NCBI GenBank assembly: GCA_963843795.1
Contig: CAWJLW010000006.1
Location: 3,422,375-3,486,374, forward strand
Length of the DNA stretch: 64,000 nt
Direction: 5' to 3'
Origin: an uncultured bacterium
GTDB taxonomy: Bacteria; Armatimonadota; Abditibacteriia; Abditibacteriales; Abditibacteriaceae
Made by a program: the position numbers and the translations under genes. The stretch's first letter is position 1, and each line of letters opens with the position of its first letter. Shown one piece after another: positions 21,774 to 32,369 of this stretch. The notes beneath the pieces were generated by a model. It was not told where the DNA came from. It made no database searches and saw only the letters and a list, made by a program, of their open reading frames with translations.

Positions 21774-22880
21774 TTAATCGTTCAAAGGTTTATCAACTTG
21801 TGCCCAGGTGCGTCGTGCGCTATTATCGCTCGCGCCGAAATTGGTTTTCTCGCTGCCAGTTTTGTCGCTCGACTTGGCATTTTGTGCGCCGGATGAAGTG
21901 ATATGTTCGCGCAAAAGCGCGATTCCGCCTTGCAAAATTGCATCGTCACCTAATTCGCTTTGGACGATTTTCACCGCTTTGCCCGTGCCCGGCATCACGA
22001 CTTTGAGCGCAGTTTTTTCAATCATTGGCAGCATCCATTTGCCGCACGCTTCGACTACGCCGCCGCCGAAAACGACCGTTTCGGGATCAACGGTGTGCAA
22101 CACGCTCGCAGTTGCCAAACCGAGGGCGTAACTGGCGCGCTTGATAACATCTGTCACTAAAGGGTCTTCTTGTTTGAGGGCTTCTTTGAGCGCACCAGAG
22201 CGAATGCGCGACAATTTTTTGTCGCCAACAATGTCGCTGAGAACCGATTTCTGGCCGCCTTTAATCGCGGCGCGCAACTGGTTTTCAATTGAAGTGCGCG
22301 AACACAATTCTTCCAGAATTAAGTATTTCTTGCCCGTAATGCCAGTTATCGTATCAGCGTCTTGCGGCAAAATGAAGTGACCGATTTCGCCGCCTAAACC
22401 GCGAAAACCTTCGATCAATTGACCGTTTAAAACCAAACCGCCGCCGATGCCTGTGCCGACGAAAATGCCGAAGCTCGACTGCGCTCCGCGCGCTGCGCCG
22501 CGCCAGGTTTCGCCCACAATTCCCAAGTTCGCATCGTTGCCTACAATCGCTGGAACACCGAAACGCTTACTCATCAGTTCGCCCAAGGGCGTTTGATTCA
22601 ACGGCGCGTTCGGGGTTTCGACGACGAAACCCTTACTGGTTTCAACGATTCCCGGCACGCCGAGGGCGATGCCCGCGACATCATCACGCTGCAAATCGGA
22701 AATTTTTTCGGCGTTTTTCAACGCGTTTTCAATACAATCGCCAAGCTGCACGATTAGTTTGTCGTGATCGCGACGTTCAGTTTTCTCTTTGTGGCGCGCG
22801 ATGATGTTGCCTTCGGCGTCGGCTACGGCAGCCAAAATTTTGGTGCCGCCCATGTCCACTGTCACAAAATATTCGCTCAT
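21774..22880 (-). CDS. ROK family sugar kinase (glucokinase-like)
   Basis: VDMGGTK, NDAN, VGTGIGGG, GEIGH; no N-terminal HTH. Confidence 0.9.
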   Translation of the reverse strand: MSEYFVTVDMGGTKILAAVADAEGNIIARHKEKTERRDHDKLIVQLGDCIENALKNAEKISDLQRDDVAGIALGVPGIVETSKGFVVETPNAPLNQTPLGELMSKRFGVPAIVGNDANLGIVGETWRGAARGAQSSFGIFVGTGIGGGLVLNGQLIEGFRGLGGEIGHFILPQDADTITGITGKKYLILEELCSRTSIENQLRAAIKGGQKSVLSDIVGDKKLSRIRSGALKEALKQEDPLVTDVIKRASYALGLATASVLHTVDPETVVFGGGVVEACGKWMLPMIEKTALKVVMPGTGKAVKIVQSELGDDAILQGGIALLREHITSSGAQNAKSSDKTGSEKTNFGASDNSARRTWAQVDKPLND

Positions 22881-23047
22881 AATCAATCCGCGCTCAATGT
22901 CGCAGGAAAATAGTGTCTTAAAAGTGAGATGCGCGCTTGATTTTAATCAACCATCATAATACGCGCCAACTTTTTACGGCTGCAAGTACTTGCAAGGCTT
23001 ATTGTTCACTTGCCTTGTTATGCGGCAAAATTTGAGCACCATTAACG

Positions 23048-23116
23048 AAAAGACCTTCGCAACTTTAGCGCCAACGCCGCTTAGCGTTCAACGCCCAAAG
23101 TTTACGAAGGTCTTTT
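23048..23116 (-). terminator. Long imperfect hairpin after the reductase gene
   Basis: AAAAGACCTTCG...CGAAGGTCTTTT with additional internal pairing. Confidence 0.55.
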
Positions 23117-23140
23117 TCGACTTGCAGGCTTCAATGCAAT

Positions 23141-24856
23141 TTAAAACAAGGTTTCCAATTCGTCGTCGCTCTGGCGCTCAACCCACTGCGCGAACGTTTC
23201 TTTGCCCTGCTTGCGGCCTTTGTATTCGCCGATCAATTTTTCAATCGCTGGTACCACTTCATCGTGGCTCAAACGCTTGATGCGACGGTTGAAGCGCGCT
23301 TTATCGCCCATTGCGCCACCCAGAAACACATCGAAATGCTCGACCAGTTCGCCGTCGATTTTCTTGGTGCAGCCTTGCAAGCCCACATCCGCGATCCAAT
23401 GCTGGCCGCACGAGTTCGGACAACCGTTCACGTTAATACGGAAAAATTCCGAATCGCTCCATTTCACTTTGGCATCCAGCATCTCGACCATCTGCGCCGC
23501 ACGCGCTTTGGTTTCGGTCACGGCCAGGTTGCAAAATTCGATACCGGTGCAAGCCACCATGCCGCGCCCAATCGCGCTGATTTCAATCGGCAAACCGATT
23601 TCTTTCAAACGTTCAATGGCCCTCGAAACTTTGTCGTCTGGCACGTTGATGAGATAAAATGATTGCATCACTGTTAAGCGGATATCGCCGCTGCCGCATT
23701 CTTTGGCGATATCGGCGATGGCAAACATTTGGTCGGAAGTCAGACGTCCGGCCACGACCGGCACGCCGATGAAGTTCAAACCGGCCTGCTTCTGCGGATG
23801 CACGCCGATTCGATCTTCATAACCAAGCGCCGGTTCCTGCGCTTCGCCGTCGGGCAGCTGGTAACCGATGACTCGCTCGATTTCGGCGCGGAACTTGGGC
23901 ACTCCCCAATCGGCCATCAAGTACTTCAGGCGCGCGTGCTTGCGGTTTTTGCGATACCCGAAATCGCGATACAATTGCGTTACCGCCTCCAACACTTCTA
24001 GGGCGCGTTCGGGTGCAACGAAAACGTTCAAATCCTGCGCGATATGCGGCTCGGTCGAAAGGCCTCCGCCTAGCATCACACCGTAGCCAACTTCGCCATT
24101 AGCGCGCTTGACGCCGTACAACGACATGCAGTTAATTTCGCATTGTCCGGCGTTGCGATGACCGAAAACGCCGACTTTGAACTTGCGCGGCAAATCGGCA
24201 TATTCCGGCTTGGACGAAAAATAATTGGTGGCTTCCCAAACAAAGTCAGTCGGATCAATGACATCCAAACTATCGACGCCGGTCAAAGGATTCGACACTA
24301 AGTTGCGGCAAATATCGCCGCACGCACCGAACAAGCCGTGCTTGACGCCCAGCCCGACGGTTTCCAGGCGATCCATAATTTCCGGCACATCGCCAACTTC
24401 CAACCAGTGCATTTGAAACGTCTGGCGCGTCGTAATGTCGCCGAAACCGCGCCCGAAATCGCGCGCCAAACCTGCGCACACGAGCATAGTTTCGTTGTTG
24501 ACCCAGCCGCCCGGAATTTTCAGGCGAATCATGAAATAACCATCTTTGGGCCGCTGCTGGTAAATGCCAATCCATTTGAAACGCTCGAAATCATCGGCAT
24601 CGATGGATTCGAAACCGCCTTCGGCATAACGATCCACGATATCGCCCCACACTTTGGGGCCGGGCTTTTCCAGTTTGATGCGCTCGTTGTTCGACAGTTC
24701 AGCGCGCTCATCGCCCATCGCGGCTAAAGTCGCGGGCCGTCCATCATCTGCAAACCGCAGGGCTTGCAAACGCTTGGCAGCGCGCTCTTCAGGGGTTAGC
24801 ACCACGCGCTTGGGGGCCGCTTCGGGCGCAACAGTTGTAGTTTCTTCGTTCGACAT
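23141..24856 (-). CDS. Ferredoxin-type nitrite/sulfite reductase (siroheme, 4Fe-4S)
   Basis: DITTRQ, LPRKFK, CTGIEFC and GCPNSCGQH cluster ligands. Confidence 0.92.
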   Translation of the reverse strand: MSNEETTTVAPEAAPKRVVLTPEERAAKRLQALRFADDGRPATLAAMGDERAELSNNERIKLEKPGPKVWGDIVDRYAEGGFESIDADDFERFKWIGIYQQRPKDGYFMIRLKIPGGWVNNETMLVCAGLARDFGRGFGDITTRQTFQMHWLEVGDVPEIMDRLETVGLGVKHGLFGACGDICRNLVSNPLTGVDSLDVIDPTDFVWEATNYFSSKPEYADLPRKFKVGVFGHRNAGQCEINCMSLYGVKRANGEVGYGVMLGGGLSTEPHIAQDLNVFVAPERALEVLEAVTQLYRDFGYRKNRKHARLKYLMADWGVPKFRAEIERVIGYQLPDGEAQEPALGYEDRIGVHPQKQAGLNFIGVPVVAGRLTSDQMFAIADIAKECGSGDIRLTVMQSFYLINVPDDKVSRAIERLKEIGLPIEISAIGRGMVACTGIEFCNLAVTETKARAAQMVEMLDAKVKWSDSEFFRINVNGCPNSCGQHWIADVGLQGCTKKIDGELVEHFDVFLGGAMGDKARFNRRIKRLSHDEVVPAIEKLIGEYKGRKQGKETFAQWVERQSDDELETLF

Positions 24857-24886
24857 AAAACTCCTTAATCAATCACTTTCGACAAT

Positions 24887-25312
24887 TTAGTTTTCGTTAT
24901 CTCGCAGAACGCGCTGCATTCGCAATTGCGTCGCGGCTCGCAGGGCAGGCCAACGCGCACGTTCTTCGTCATCAATTTGCGCCAGCGAAAACTCAATTTC
25001 AGCCTCCACGCATCGCAAAAAGTCGTCGCAATCGACCTGCAGGTACTTGCAGGTCACCAGTTCCAGTTTCCATCGCGCGCGCATCAATTGCCGCGCTGCG
25101 CCAATGGCGTTTCCACGACGATGCTGATAAATCGCGACCGCGCCGTGAATCAAGCCATTATAAAAAACACGCCGCATGCCACGTTCTTCACGCCATAAAA
25201 TTTCCAGCACTTCATGACAATCGAAAAACTTTTCCGCGCGCCATAAATGCCAGAATTCAGCATATTCTTCCGGTGCATCGTCTGCCAAAACCGGAAAATA
25301 GGCGGCTTTCAT
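24887..25312 (-). CDS. DUF309 family protein
   Basis: FFDCHEVLEILW...FYNGLIHGAVAIYQHRRGN. Start trimmed to ATG 25312. Confidence 0.85.
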   Translation of the reverse strand: MKAAYFPVLADDAPEEYAEFWHLWRAEKFFDCHEVLEILWREERGMRRVFYNGLIHGAVAIYQHRRGNAIGAARQLMRARWKLELVTCKYLQVDCDDFLRCVEAEIEFSLAQIDDEERARWPALRAATQLRMQRVLRDNEN

Positions 25313-25457
25313 AACAACTGATTTAACCACAAACGAGCTCAGTCTCCCACAATTCCCACCTTCCGAGTAGGATTTGAAACCATCGACAAAAAAAGCCCGC
25401 AAGTACTTGCGGCATACTTGCGGGCTTTTCCAGCGCTTATTCAAGGTCTTGCTTATC

Positions 25458-26279
25458 TCACATATTGAGATAAGTACGTAATTTGCGGTGCAATTGGTCA
25501 CGTCCGCGGGCCAGTCGACTTTTGACCGTACCAGAAGGCACTTTCAAAATGTTAGCGATATCGTTAACTTCCATACCTTGGAAATGATGCATCACGATCA
25601 CAGCCTGATGATCATCAGACAAAGTGCCCACAGCCTGACGAACGCGCTTTTGCAATTCGTCATTGGTCATGGTTTCCTCAGGAAGTTTGGCGACATCAGG
25701 AAAGTCCATCGGCTCGACATCGCCTTCGCTATCGACACGTGGCGTGTCGATAGATTGAAAACGCACACGCTTTTTGCGGCGAGCACGATCGCGGCACAGG
25801 TTCAAAGCGATGCGATACAAGTAAGTTGAAAACGCTTCATCGGCGCGCAGAGTTGGCAGAGCATCGTGTAAGCGCATGAATACATCTTGCGTCACGTCTT
25901 GAGCGTCATCGGCGTCGCTGAGCATTCCATAAACGGCGTTGTAGATGCGGCGATGGTAAAGTTGAAAAATTTCTTCAAAAGCGGCTTTGTCGCCTTCTTT
26001 AGCGCGTTGCAGCACTTTAAGAAAAGCGGCTTTGGCAGGGTCGATGGGACGAGGTTCAACTTCAGCAGCGAGTTCGGTATCGCTGGGAAGCGCGCGCTGC
26101 TGGGTTTGTTCGAGTTCTTTTTCGACTTGTGCCGGTGCCATTGCCGGTACAGACGGCAAAGCTGAGGCCACACTTTGTTCGGCGACGGGTTTTGAAGGTT
26201 TTGTTTTGGTTTTAGTCTTTTCAATGACCAAAGGGCCACCAAAAAGCGGTTTGGGGAGCGGAAAAGTATTGGTAGACAT
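25458..26279 (-). CDS. ECF RNA polymerase sigma factor with N-terminal extension
   Basis: GDKAAFEE, DAQDVTQDVF, FSTYLYRIALN, EVNDIANILKVPSGTVKSRLARGR. Confidence 0.92.
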   Translation of the reverse strand: MSTNTFPLPKPLFGGPLVIEKTKTKTKPSKPVAEQSVASALPSVPAMAPAQVEKELEQTQQRALPSDTELAAEVEPRPIDPAKAAFLKVLQRAKEGDKAAFEEIFQLYHRRIYNAVYGMLSDADDAQDVTQDVFMRLHDALPTLRADEAFSTYLYRIALNLCRDRARRKKRVRFQSIDTPRVDSEGDVEPMDFPDVAKLPEETMTNDELQKRVRQAVGTLSDDHQAVIVMHHFQGMEVNDIANILKVPSGTVKSRLARGRDQLHRKLRTYLNM

Positions 26280-26429
26280 GATGCCTCGCGTTATAAATGA
26301 TGGGTGCGGTTCAAGGCCGCAGATCAACTGTCGCAAACAACACGCCAAAAGACGTTCAGAATAATTGTAAGTTTCAAATTCTTACAAATATTTTGCCTTT
26401 TTCGATTTTAAGTTGAGAAGCTGCGAGCT

Positions 26430-26678
26430 TTATTCGCGCGAAGTTTTCAGTTCGGCGACGGCTTTTTCGATGGATTCGAGCTTGGCTTCGCAGCTTTCAA
26501 TTAATTGTTCGGCGCGTTCAAGAGGTGTTTCCTGCAAATTCAATGCACGCACCCGACGCTTCCACAAAATAGCTGCGATTAAAGCCGTTACTGCTACGCC
26601 AGCGACCACGCCACCATACCATAGCGCCTGAGACGAAGAATTTTTTCGGGTTCGGGAATCGTTAAAAATGCTGAACAT
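26430..26678 (-). CDS. Small membrane-anchored hypothetical protein
   Basis: One hydrophobic helix followed by a short coiled-coil-like segment; co-oriented with neighbours. Confidence 0.6.
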   Translation of the reverse strand: MFSIFNDSRTRKNSSSQALWYGGVVAGVAVTALIAAILWKRRVRALNLQETPLERAEQLIESCEAKLESIEKAVAELKTSRE

Positions 26679-26762
26679 AATAAAAAAGCGCGCTGCAATT
26701 CAACTGCAACGCGTGCCGTAAAGTGCAATCCCTAAAAATTGCAATTGACGAATTATGAATGC

Positions 26763-27218
26763 TTAGTTGGTATTTTTGAGGTCGAATGCGTTGGCGTCCG
26801 ACAAGTCAATAATATCGTTTTCATCAACTTCGTAAGTATCGTCTCCGGTTTGGCTGGCAAAAATCCGCTTGACGAAATTGAGTAGTTCGGCGGGATTAAA
26901 AGGTTTGGTGAGATACAAATCGGCGCCCTTTTGCCATCCACTGAAGACATCAGCATCTTGAGCTTTGGCGGTTAGCATAATCACGGGAATCTCCGCCATT
27001 TCAGGATCGGCTTTCATTTTTTCCAATGCTTCCAAGCCATCCATTTCGGGCATCATGACGTCCATCACGACAAGATCGGGTTTTTCTTTTCCGACTTGCT
27101 CCAACGCTTCGCGGCCATTGGTGGCAGTCACGACTTCGTAGCCCGCTTTTTGCAGGTTAATTTGCACCAAGCGCACGATGTGACGCTCGTCATCGACCGC
27201 CAAAATCTTCTTCGCCAT
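26763..27218 (-). CDS. Single-domain response regulator receiver
   Basis: ILAVDDE, DVMMPEMDG, MLTAK, YLTKPF; acidic tail and no output domain. Confidence 0.92.
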   Translation of the reverse strand: MAKKILAVDDERHIVRLVQINLQKAGYEVVTATNGREALEQVGKEKPDLVVMDVMMPEMDGLEALEKMKADPEMAEIPVIMLTAKAQDADVFSGWQKGADLYLTKPFNPAELLNFVKRIFASQTGDDTYEVDENDIIDLSDANAFDLKNTN

Positions 27219-27299
27219 ATTTTCTCCCGCTCTGCACACAAGTTCCTACACGCACCAATATGCTTTTCGATACTATCGTGATTATAACTTTCTCGGGCC

Positions 27300-28208
27300 T
27301 CAACTTGCAAAATTGTCGCCACCCACCGGTGCGATTTCCTCAGTTCCCCATACGTTCCACGAGAGCGCATCGTATTTTGTGCGCTCTAAGCATTCCGCAG
27401 CCTCGGCTTCGCATTTCGTCAACTTGCTGGCCTCAAAACGCGCACCACAAAACTGCTCCATGCCCGCGCGCAGTGCGTTCGTTACATCTGCGCGCGTACC
27501 TCTAAATCCCAATTCATGTAACGTTGTCACGCGATTACGCCACGCTAAGTCGCTGTTCTGGGAGTTTTTGTTTCCGAGAGGTTTTTCCCCTAGTGCGCGC
27601 TGCCAGTGCATTACGTCCAAATCGAGCAAGATCGAACCATGTTGCAAAACGCTCACGCGCGGCGAGCGGGTTTTGCGGCACTGCGCCGCACCAATCAATT
27701 TGCGACCATCGACAATCGTGTCGCATTGCGCTGCGCTGAGAAAACAATTTTCGGTTTTTGCTGTTTTGCAGGTACTTGCAGAACGGTTTTGAGCGCCAAA
27801 TTCCGCGTGGGCATCCGACAACTGCGCGCCAATACCCAGCGTTTGCAAGCCCGCCAGCAAACCGCGCGAAATCCAACGATAGCTTGCTGTGACCGAAGTT
27901 TGGTCAGGGGGCAAAATGTCCAGAACAAAAGTTACGCTATAGGTAATTTCGTATCCGCGCTGATGCCAGACGCCGCGCCCGCCAGTCGGACGGCGCACCC
28001 AATCGACAGGTGCGATAGTGCTTGTCTCAGTTCGTAAGTGTTCGGGAATTTTTTGAAAGCGCCCCAACGATAAACACGAAGGTTGCCAATCGTAGAAGCG
28101 CAAAGTGGGAAGCGAATCGCTCGCATTTTGTGCGTTCAGCAGCGCTTCATCAACCGCCATATTGTAAGCGCCACTGTGCGCGCCTTCTTCAATTAATCGC
28201 CAGTTCAT
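27300..28208 (-). CDS. Lipoate-protein ligase A / octanoyltransferase family
   Basis: NMAVDEAL, VRRPTGGRGVWH, GRKLIGAAQ, LQHGSI. Confidence 0.88.
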   Translation of the reverse strand: MNWRLIEEGAHSGAYNMAVDEALLNAQNASDSLPTLRFYDWQPSCLSLGRFQKIPEHLRTETSTIAPVDWVRRPTGGRGVWHQRGYEITYSVTFVLDILPPDQTSVTASYRWISRGLLAGLQTLGIGAQLSDAHAEFGAQNRSASTCKTAKTENCFLSAAQCDTIVDGRKLIGAAQCRKTRSPRVSVLQHGSILLDLDVMHWQRALGEKPLGNKNSQNSDLAWRNRVTTLHELGFRGTRADVTNALRAGMEQFCGARFEASKLTKCEAEAAECLERTKYDALSWNVWGTEEIAPVGGDNFAS

Positions 28209-28251
28209 AAAAGTGTCCTGCAAGTACTTGCAGGGCGTTTGTGGCTTCGCT

Positions 28252-29445
28252 TTAGCGCGTTTTGGCTGAAGATTCTTTCAATTGTGGCGCGATTTTGACT
28301 GGGGAAACGGGCCGTTCCTTGGCGATTAACTGTTCCAGCATCGCGAACATCGCGCTGGCGATAGCGCCCGGATCAATTTCCAGAATCGTCAGATTATCTT
28401 CGTGACCGCGCAGCACCGTCGAGCCGGTGTTGGTATGCGTGGCAATTTTCAAATCTTTACCAACCTGAACGCCCTTTTGTTCAAGTGTCACCAGCGCGCC
28501 ACGCGTCATCATATCATCTAAAATGACCAGACCGTCGGGCATATTTTGTTCAAAGGTTTCAAAGGCCGCGCGGTAGCCTTGTTCTTGATTGGAGACATCG
28601 CGCATTGCTTCGCTGTTTTCGTCCAAATCGTCCAAACGCCACACGCGGTCGGCACGATACGGCAAATCGGCGTCTTGCAAAGCCAGACGAAACGCATCCA
28701 ATTCGGGGAATGATTGCTCGCCATTTTTACGTCCCAAACCGACGCCGACCGGAATCCACAAGCCGATGTCACGGCAGCCTTGTGCGGCCAGCGATTGCAC
28801 ACCCAAGCGCGCGACTTGGGCCCAATCGATCATGACGCGATAGGGAGCAATGGGAAGATACGAAAGTGCAACAACGGGAATATCTTTAGCGGTTAGCCAG
28901 CGAACAGCTTCCGAATTGGCCTCGCATACCAAAAGCAGACCATCCACCGTTTTGTCTTCCAACGCCTGCAACAAATCGTCATGAACCGGCAGACCTTCGC
29001 GCGAAGGCACCGCGAGATAAAGACTGAATTTTTCATCGCCCGATGCCGCCCGCGCGCGCGCGCGGTCAACCAGCAAGCCGCTAAAAGGTGAAGCGCTGGT
29101 ATTAAAAATATCGCGGTCGTAAACCAGACCGATGGCCTGTTGCAAAGGCCGTGCTTCGGCGCGCGGAGCCACGTAAGTTCCCGAACCCTGACGACGATAA
29201 ATAATGCCTTGAGCTTCCAATTCGCTTAACGCGCGATTCAACGTCATCATGCTAACGCTAAGTTGCTCGGACAACACCTGCATCGTAGGCAAACGGGCAT
29301 CTGGACCTAACTCGCCCGCCATTTCTTGCAAGCGCGCGCTCAAAGCCTGAGTTTTGGTGCGATAAACCACGGGGTTTTTCTCACCTGCAACGTTGCTCTC
29401 AGCTTTTGCCATTCTGTTATTTTTGACCGCCGTTTTTATCGCCAT
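28252..29445 (-). CDS. GntR-family regulator with LacI-type sensor domain
   Basis: RLPT...VSMMTLNRALSELEAQGIIYRRQGSGTYV; C-terminal periplasmic-binding-like domain. Confidence 0.88.
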   Translation of the reverse strand: MAIKTAVKNNRMAKAESNVAGEKNPVVYRTKTQALSARLQEMAGELGPDARLPTMQVLSEQLSVSMMTLNRALSELEAQGIIYRRQGSGTYVAPRAEARPLQQAIGLVYDRDIFNTSASPFSGLLVDRARARAASGDEKFSLYLAVPSREGLPVHDDLLQALEDKTVDGLLLVCEANSEAVRWLTAKDIPVVALSYLPIAPYRVMIDWAQVARLGVQSLAAQGCRDIGLWIPVGVGLGRKNGEQSFPELDAFRLALQDADLPYRADRVWRLDDLDENSEAMRDVSNQEQGYRAAFETFEQNMPDGLVILDDMMTRGALVTLEQKGVQVGKDLKIATHTNTGSTVLRGHEDNLTILEIDPGAIASAMFAMLEQLIAKERPVSPVKIAPQLKESSAKTR

Positions 29446-29481
29446 AATTATTTTCTTCCAAAATTTGCTTTTTTTCGCACT

Positions 29482-30423
29482 TTAACTTATGCTATCATTT
29501 TCAGGCCTAGAGCGCAGAGTCACACTGGCATTTAAGCGCAGGGAATTTTCGGGAGTTTGCAAATCAGTGACGCGCACCAAAAGCGGCCATTGATTTTCTG
29601 CATCCAAAACGTAAATTGGATTCACATCACGTAAGAACAACTTCGCCAGCGGCTCGGCCAGTACAACTCCCTGCGTTTTCAACTGCGGTTTACTCAGCCA
29701 CAATTCGCGATCCCGCCGAATTTCCAAACCCGCATCCAATTCAAAATCAACGGGCACGTTGACCAAAGGCATTGGCTTCTGCCCCGTTACTCGAACGCGC
29801 TTTCCGGGCAAAAGCTGAACTTGCGGCTCACTGACATCAGTCAGCTTTTGCTGCACGAAACTTTTCAAGGCCGCAGCCTGCAAAGTGAGCTGCGCTTGCC
29901 CGCCGCTGGAACTAACTAATTTGATTTGCGAAGTTTTGCGCAGCGCTTTCCAATCGAAAACCACATCGCCCAAATGGAGGTCGAGAGCGCTCACCTGCAA
30001 ATCGTTCCACTGAAAATCGCGCGCTTGCAATTCAAAGGTGCCAATACGCCCGCGACTTTTCGCATTCGGAACGACTTGAACGCTCAGTCCGCCCGCCGGT
30101 GCGCCAGGTTTTGTTGCACCAGTCGCGGCGCGGGCTGGAAGCGCATTTGCTGAGCGCATCGGCGGCAAAACGCCTTGAGTCAATGGATTAGCAACTGCCG
30201 CGCTGCTTTGTCCCAGCGTAAAATTCGCTACGTCGAGATGAACGCGCTTAAAACGGCCTTTGAGCACATCATTACCGCGCGTGCCTTCGACCGAAGCCTT
30301 GATTTGTGCGCCAGGAAACTTTTGCGCGAGGGTTTTTTCCATCACGCGCGCCGCTTTGTCGGGCGTGGCTTGAGAATTGAAAAACAAGAAACCACCCAGA
30401 AGCGCGGCCAAAAAATAAGCCAT
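29482..30423 (-). CDS. DUF2993/LmeA-like protein
   Basis: N-terminal hydrophobic segment, VLKGRFKRVHLDV, beta-rich body. Confidence 0.55.
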   Translation of the reverse strand: MAYFLAALLGGFLFFNSQATPDKAARVMEKTLAQKFPGAQIKASVEGTRGNDVLKGRFKRVHLDVANFTLGQSSAAVANPLTQGVLPPMRSANALPARAATGATKPGAPAGGLSVQVVPNAKSRGRIGTFELQARDFQWNDLQVSALDLHLGDVVFDWKALRKTSQIKLVSSSGGQAQLTLQAAALKSFVQQKLTDVSEPQVQLLPGKRVRVTGQKPMPLVNVPVDFELDAGLEIRRDRELWLSKPQLKTQGVVLAEPLAKLFLRDVNPIYVLDAENQWPLLVRVTDLQTPENSLRLNASVTLRSRPENDSIS

Positions 30424-30478
30424 AATTTTTACTCGCTAAACCGTATTACCTAAGCGCTGCAAGTACTTGCAGCGCAAC

Positions 30479-31744
30479 TTAATCATCAAAAGCTGGCATT
30501 TTCAATTCGCGCGGCCCCAATGTTACAACTGTAAAATCGCGCGGTGGCTGCGCTTGGTAATATTTGGCGATGCTTTCCGGCGTCACACGATTGATCGCTT
30601 CGATAATTTCATCGGTGGGTCGCACGCGGCCCAAAATCCATTGATCGCGTGCAATCGAAGCGGCGCGCGCGCGGCTGGATTCTTCCTGCATCACCAAACC
30701 CGATAACATCCCGACGCGCGCGCGTTCGACTTCTTCTTCGCTGACGCCTTTGGCGATACGACGCAATTCGCCAATCAAGACATCAAGTGTTTCCTGAGCG
30801 CGTTCGGGCTGCGTTCCAGCATACGACAGCACGAAACCGCAATTGCGCACGCTCGAAGCCGAGGCTGAAACCGAATATACCAGACCGCGTTTTTCGCGCA
30901 CTTCGGTGAACAAACGCGCGCCCATGCCACCGCTAAGAACCGACATCGCGACACGAAAATCATAAAAATGCGCGTCGCTTGCGCTTTGGCCCGCATACGC
31001 CACACCGATGTGATGCTGCGCCGAATCGTGCTGAATGTGCTGATAAATCGGCCTTTCCAACGCTTGCGCCGTTCCGGGTTGCGGTGCGCTACCGCCCCAA
31101 TCGCCAAATAATTTTTCGACTTGCGTAATTGTAGCTTCCCAGTCGAATTTGCCCGCGAGCGACAGGATTGCGCCTTCGGGTTTGAAGCGCTGCGCGTGGT
31201 CGGCGCGCAAATCATCTAAAGTCAAGGCTTCCAAACCAGATTGCGTACCGATGGGCGAGCGACCATATTGATTGGGAAAATATACGCGCCGCAATTGCAC
31301 AAACATTTTGCGCGCGGGCGCATCATCTAACGAGGCCAAACTTTGCAGCGCCAAGTCGCGCTGCGCTTCCCATTCGTCTTCCGGCAAGCGCGGACGGCGC
31401 AAAATATCAGCGTAAAGTTCCAACGATTCGGGTAGGTAATCGCCCAAAGTCGCGCCGCTGAAATTGGAATATTCGATTTCCACACCGCCGCCGCGGTCAA
31501 TGCCCAGATCGTCCAGCGCGTCGGAAAGTTCACGACTATCACGTTCGCCCGCGCCGCAGTAGCTGAGGCTTTCCAGCACGTTCGTCAGTCCATCGCGATT
31601 TTCAGGTTCGGTCGCGCTACCGGCGGGAATCAGAAAATTCCACGCCGCGGCCTGCTTATCGGCCATAGGCTCGCCAACAATAGTGAGACCATTCTTTAAA
31701 CGATGCGTGCGCGTAGTAGCTTTAGAAGTTTGAGTTGAATTCAT
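30479..31744 (-). CDS. M16 peptidase family protein, probably non-catalytic subunit
   Basis: LKNGLTIV, VLSGGMGARLFTEVREKRGLVYSV; the HXXEH position reads NVLES. Confidence 0.87.
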   Translation of the reverse strand: MNSTQTSKATTRTHRLKNGLTIVGEPMADKQAAAWNFLIPAGSATEPENRDGLTNVLESLSYCGAGERDSRELSDALDDLGIDRGGGVEIEYSNFSGATLGDYLPESLELYADILRRPRLPEDEWEAQRDLALQSLASLDDAPARKMFVQLRRVYFPNQYGRSPIGTQSGLEALTLDDLRADHAQRFKPEGAILSLAGKFDWEATITQVEKLFGDWGGSAPQPGTAQALERPIYQHIQHDSAQHHIGVAYAGQSASDAHFYDFRVAMSVLSGGMGARLFTEVREKRGLVYSVSASASSVRNCGFVLSYAGTQPERAQETLDVLIGELRRIAKGVSEEEVERARVGMLSGLVMQEESSRARAASIARDQWILGRVRPTDEIIEAINRVTPESIAKYYQAQPPRDFTVVTLGPRELKMPAFDD

Positions 31745-31844
31745 TGTCGCTCCAGAAAGCGACAGTGTAGCAAAGCGTTTCGATTTTTCTGCTTTTAAGC
31801 TGCTACCGCGCGCTGCAAGTACTTGCAGCGCGCGGTGTCGTTAA

Positions 31845-32303
31845 TTATCGCAACAGCGACCAATCGCGGTGATCTTCGGTATCGCCCAGTAACAATTGAA
31901 TGTAGGCGATTTGTCCGTGATGATGCACCATATCCATCACCGGCATCGTCGCCAATAAGTGCAATGAAAGCGCGCCCATCGGTAATTCGACCGGCTTTTT
32001 CAATTCATCTGCTTCCAGCGCACGCATTGCTGCCGTGTATTTGTGCGCGGCTGCCACCAGCTGCGTTTTGGCGTCCTCACGATTCTCGGGCGTTTCCGCT
32101 TTGCCCGCGCCCATCGCGCCATTTTCCAACAGCGGCGTCATCCGACTAAGAACACCTAAAATGTGCCCGATCATTTCTAAAGCCGAAGGCGCGGTCGGTG
32201 CTGGTTTCCAGTTCAGCTTATCATCAGGAATGAAATCCAAATTGTAAGCGATGTTGCCCGCCGCCCATTCCATTTGTCGCGCAGTAGTTTCTAAAACGTG
32301 CAT
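31845..32303 (-). CDS. DinB/YfiT-like protein
   Basis: IPDDKLNWKP, SALEMIGH, HHHGQIAYI. Start trimmed to ATG 32303. Confidence 0.85.
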   Translation of the reverse strand: MHVLETTARQMEWAAGNIAYNLDFIPDDKLNWKPAPTAPSALEMIGHILGVLSRMTPLLENGAMGAGKAETPENREDAKTQLVAAAHKYTAAMRALEADELKKPVELPMGALSLHLLATMPVMDMVHHHGQIAYIQLLLGDTEDHRDWSLLR

Positions 32304-32369
32304 CGATTTTCCTGTAAACAAAAAAGCGTCCTGCAAATACTTGCAGGACGCTTTTTGCATTTTCTGTAA

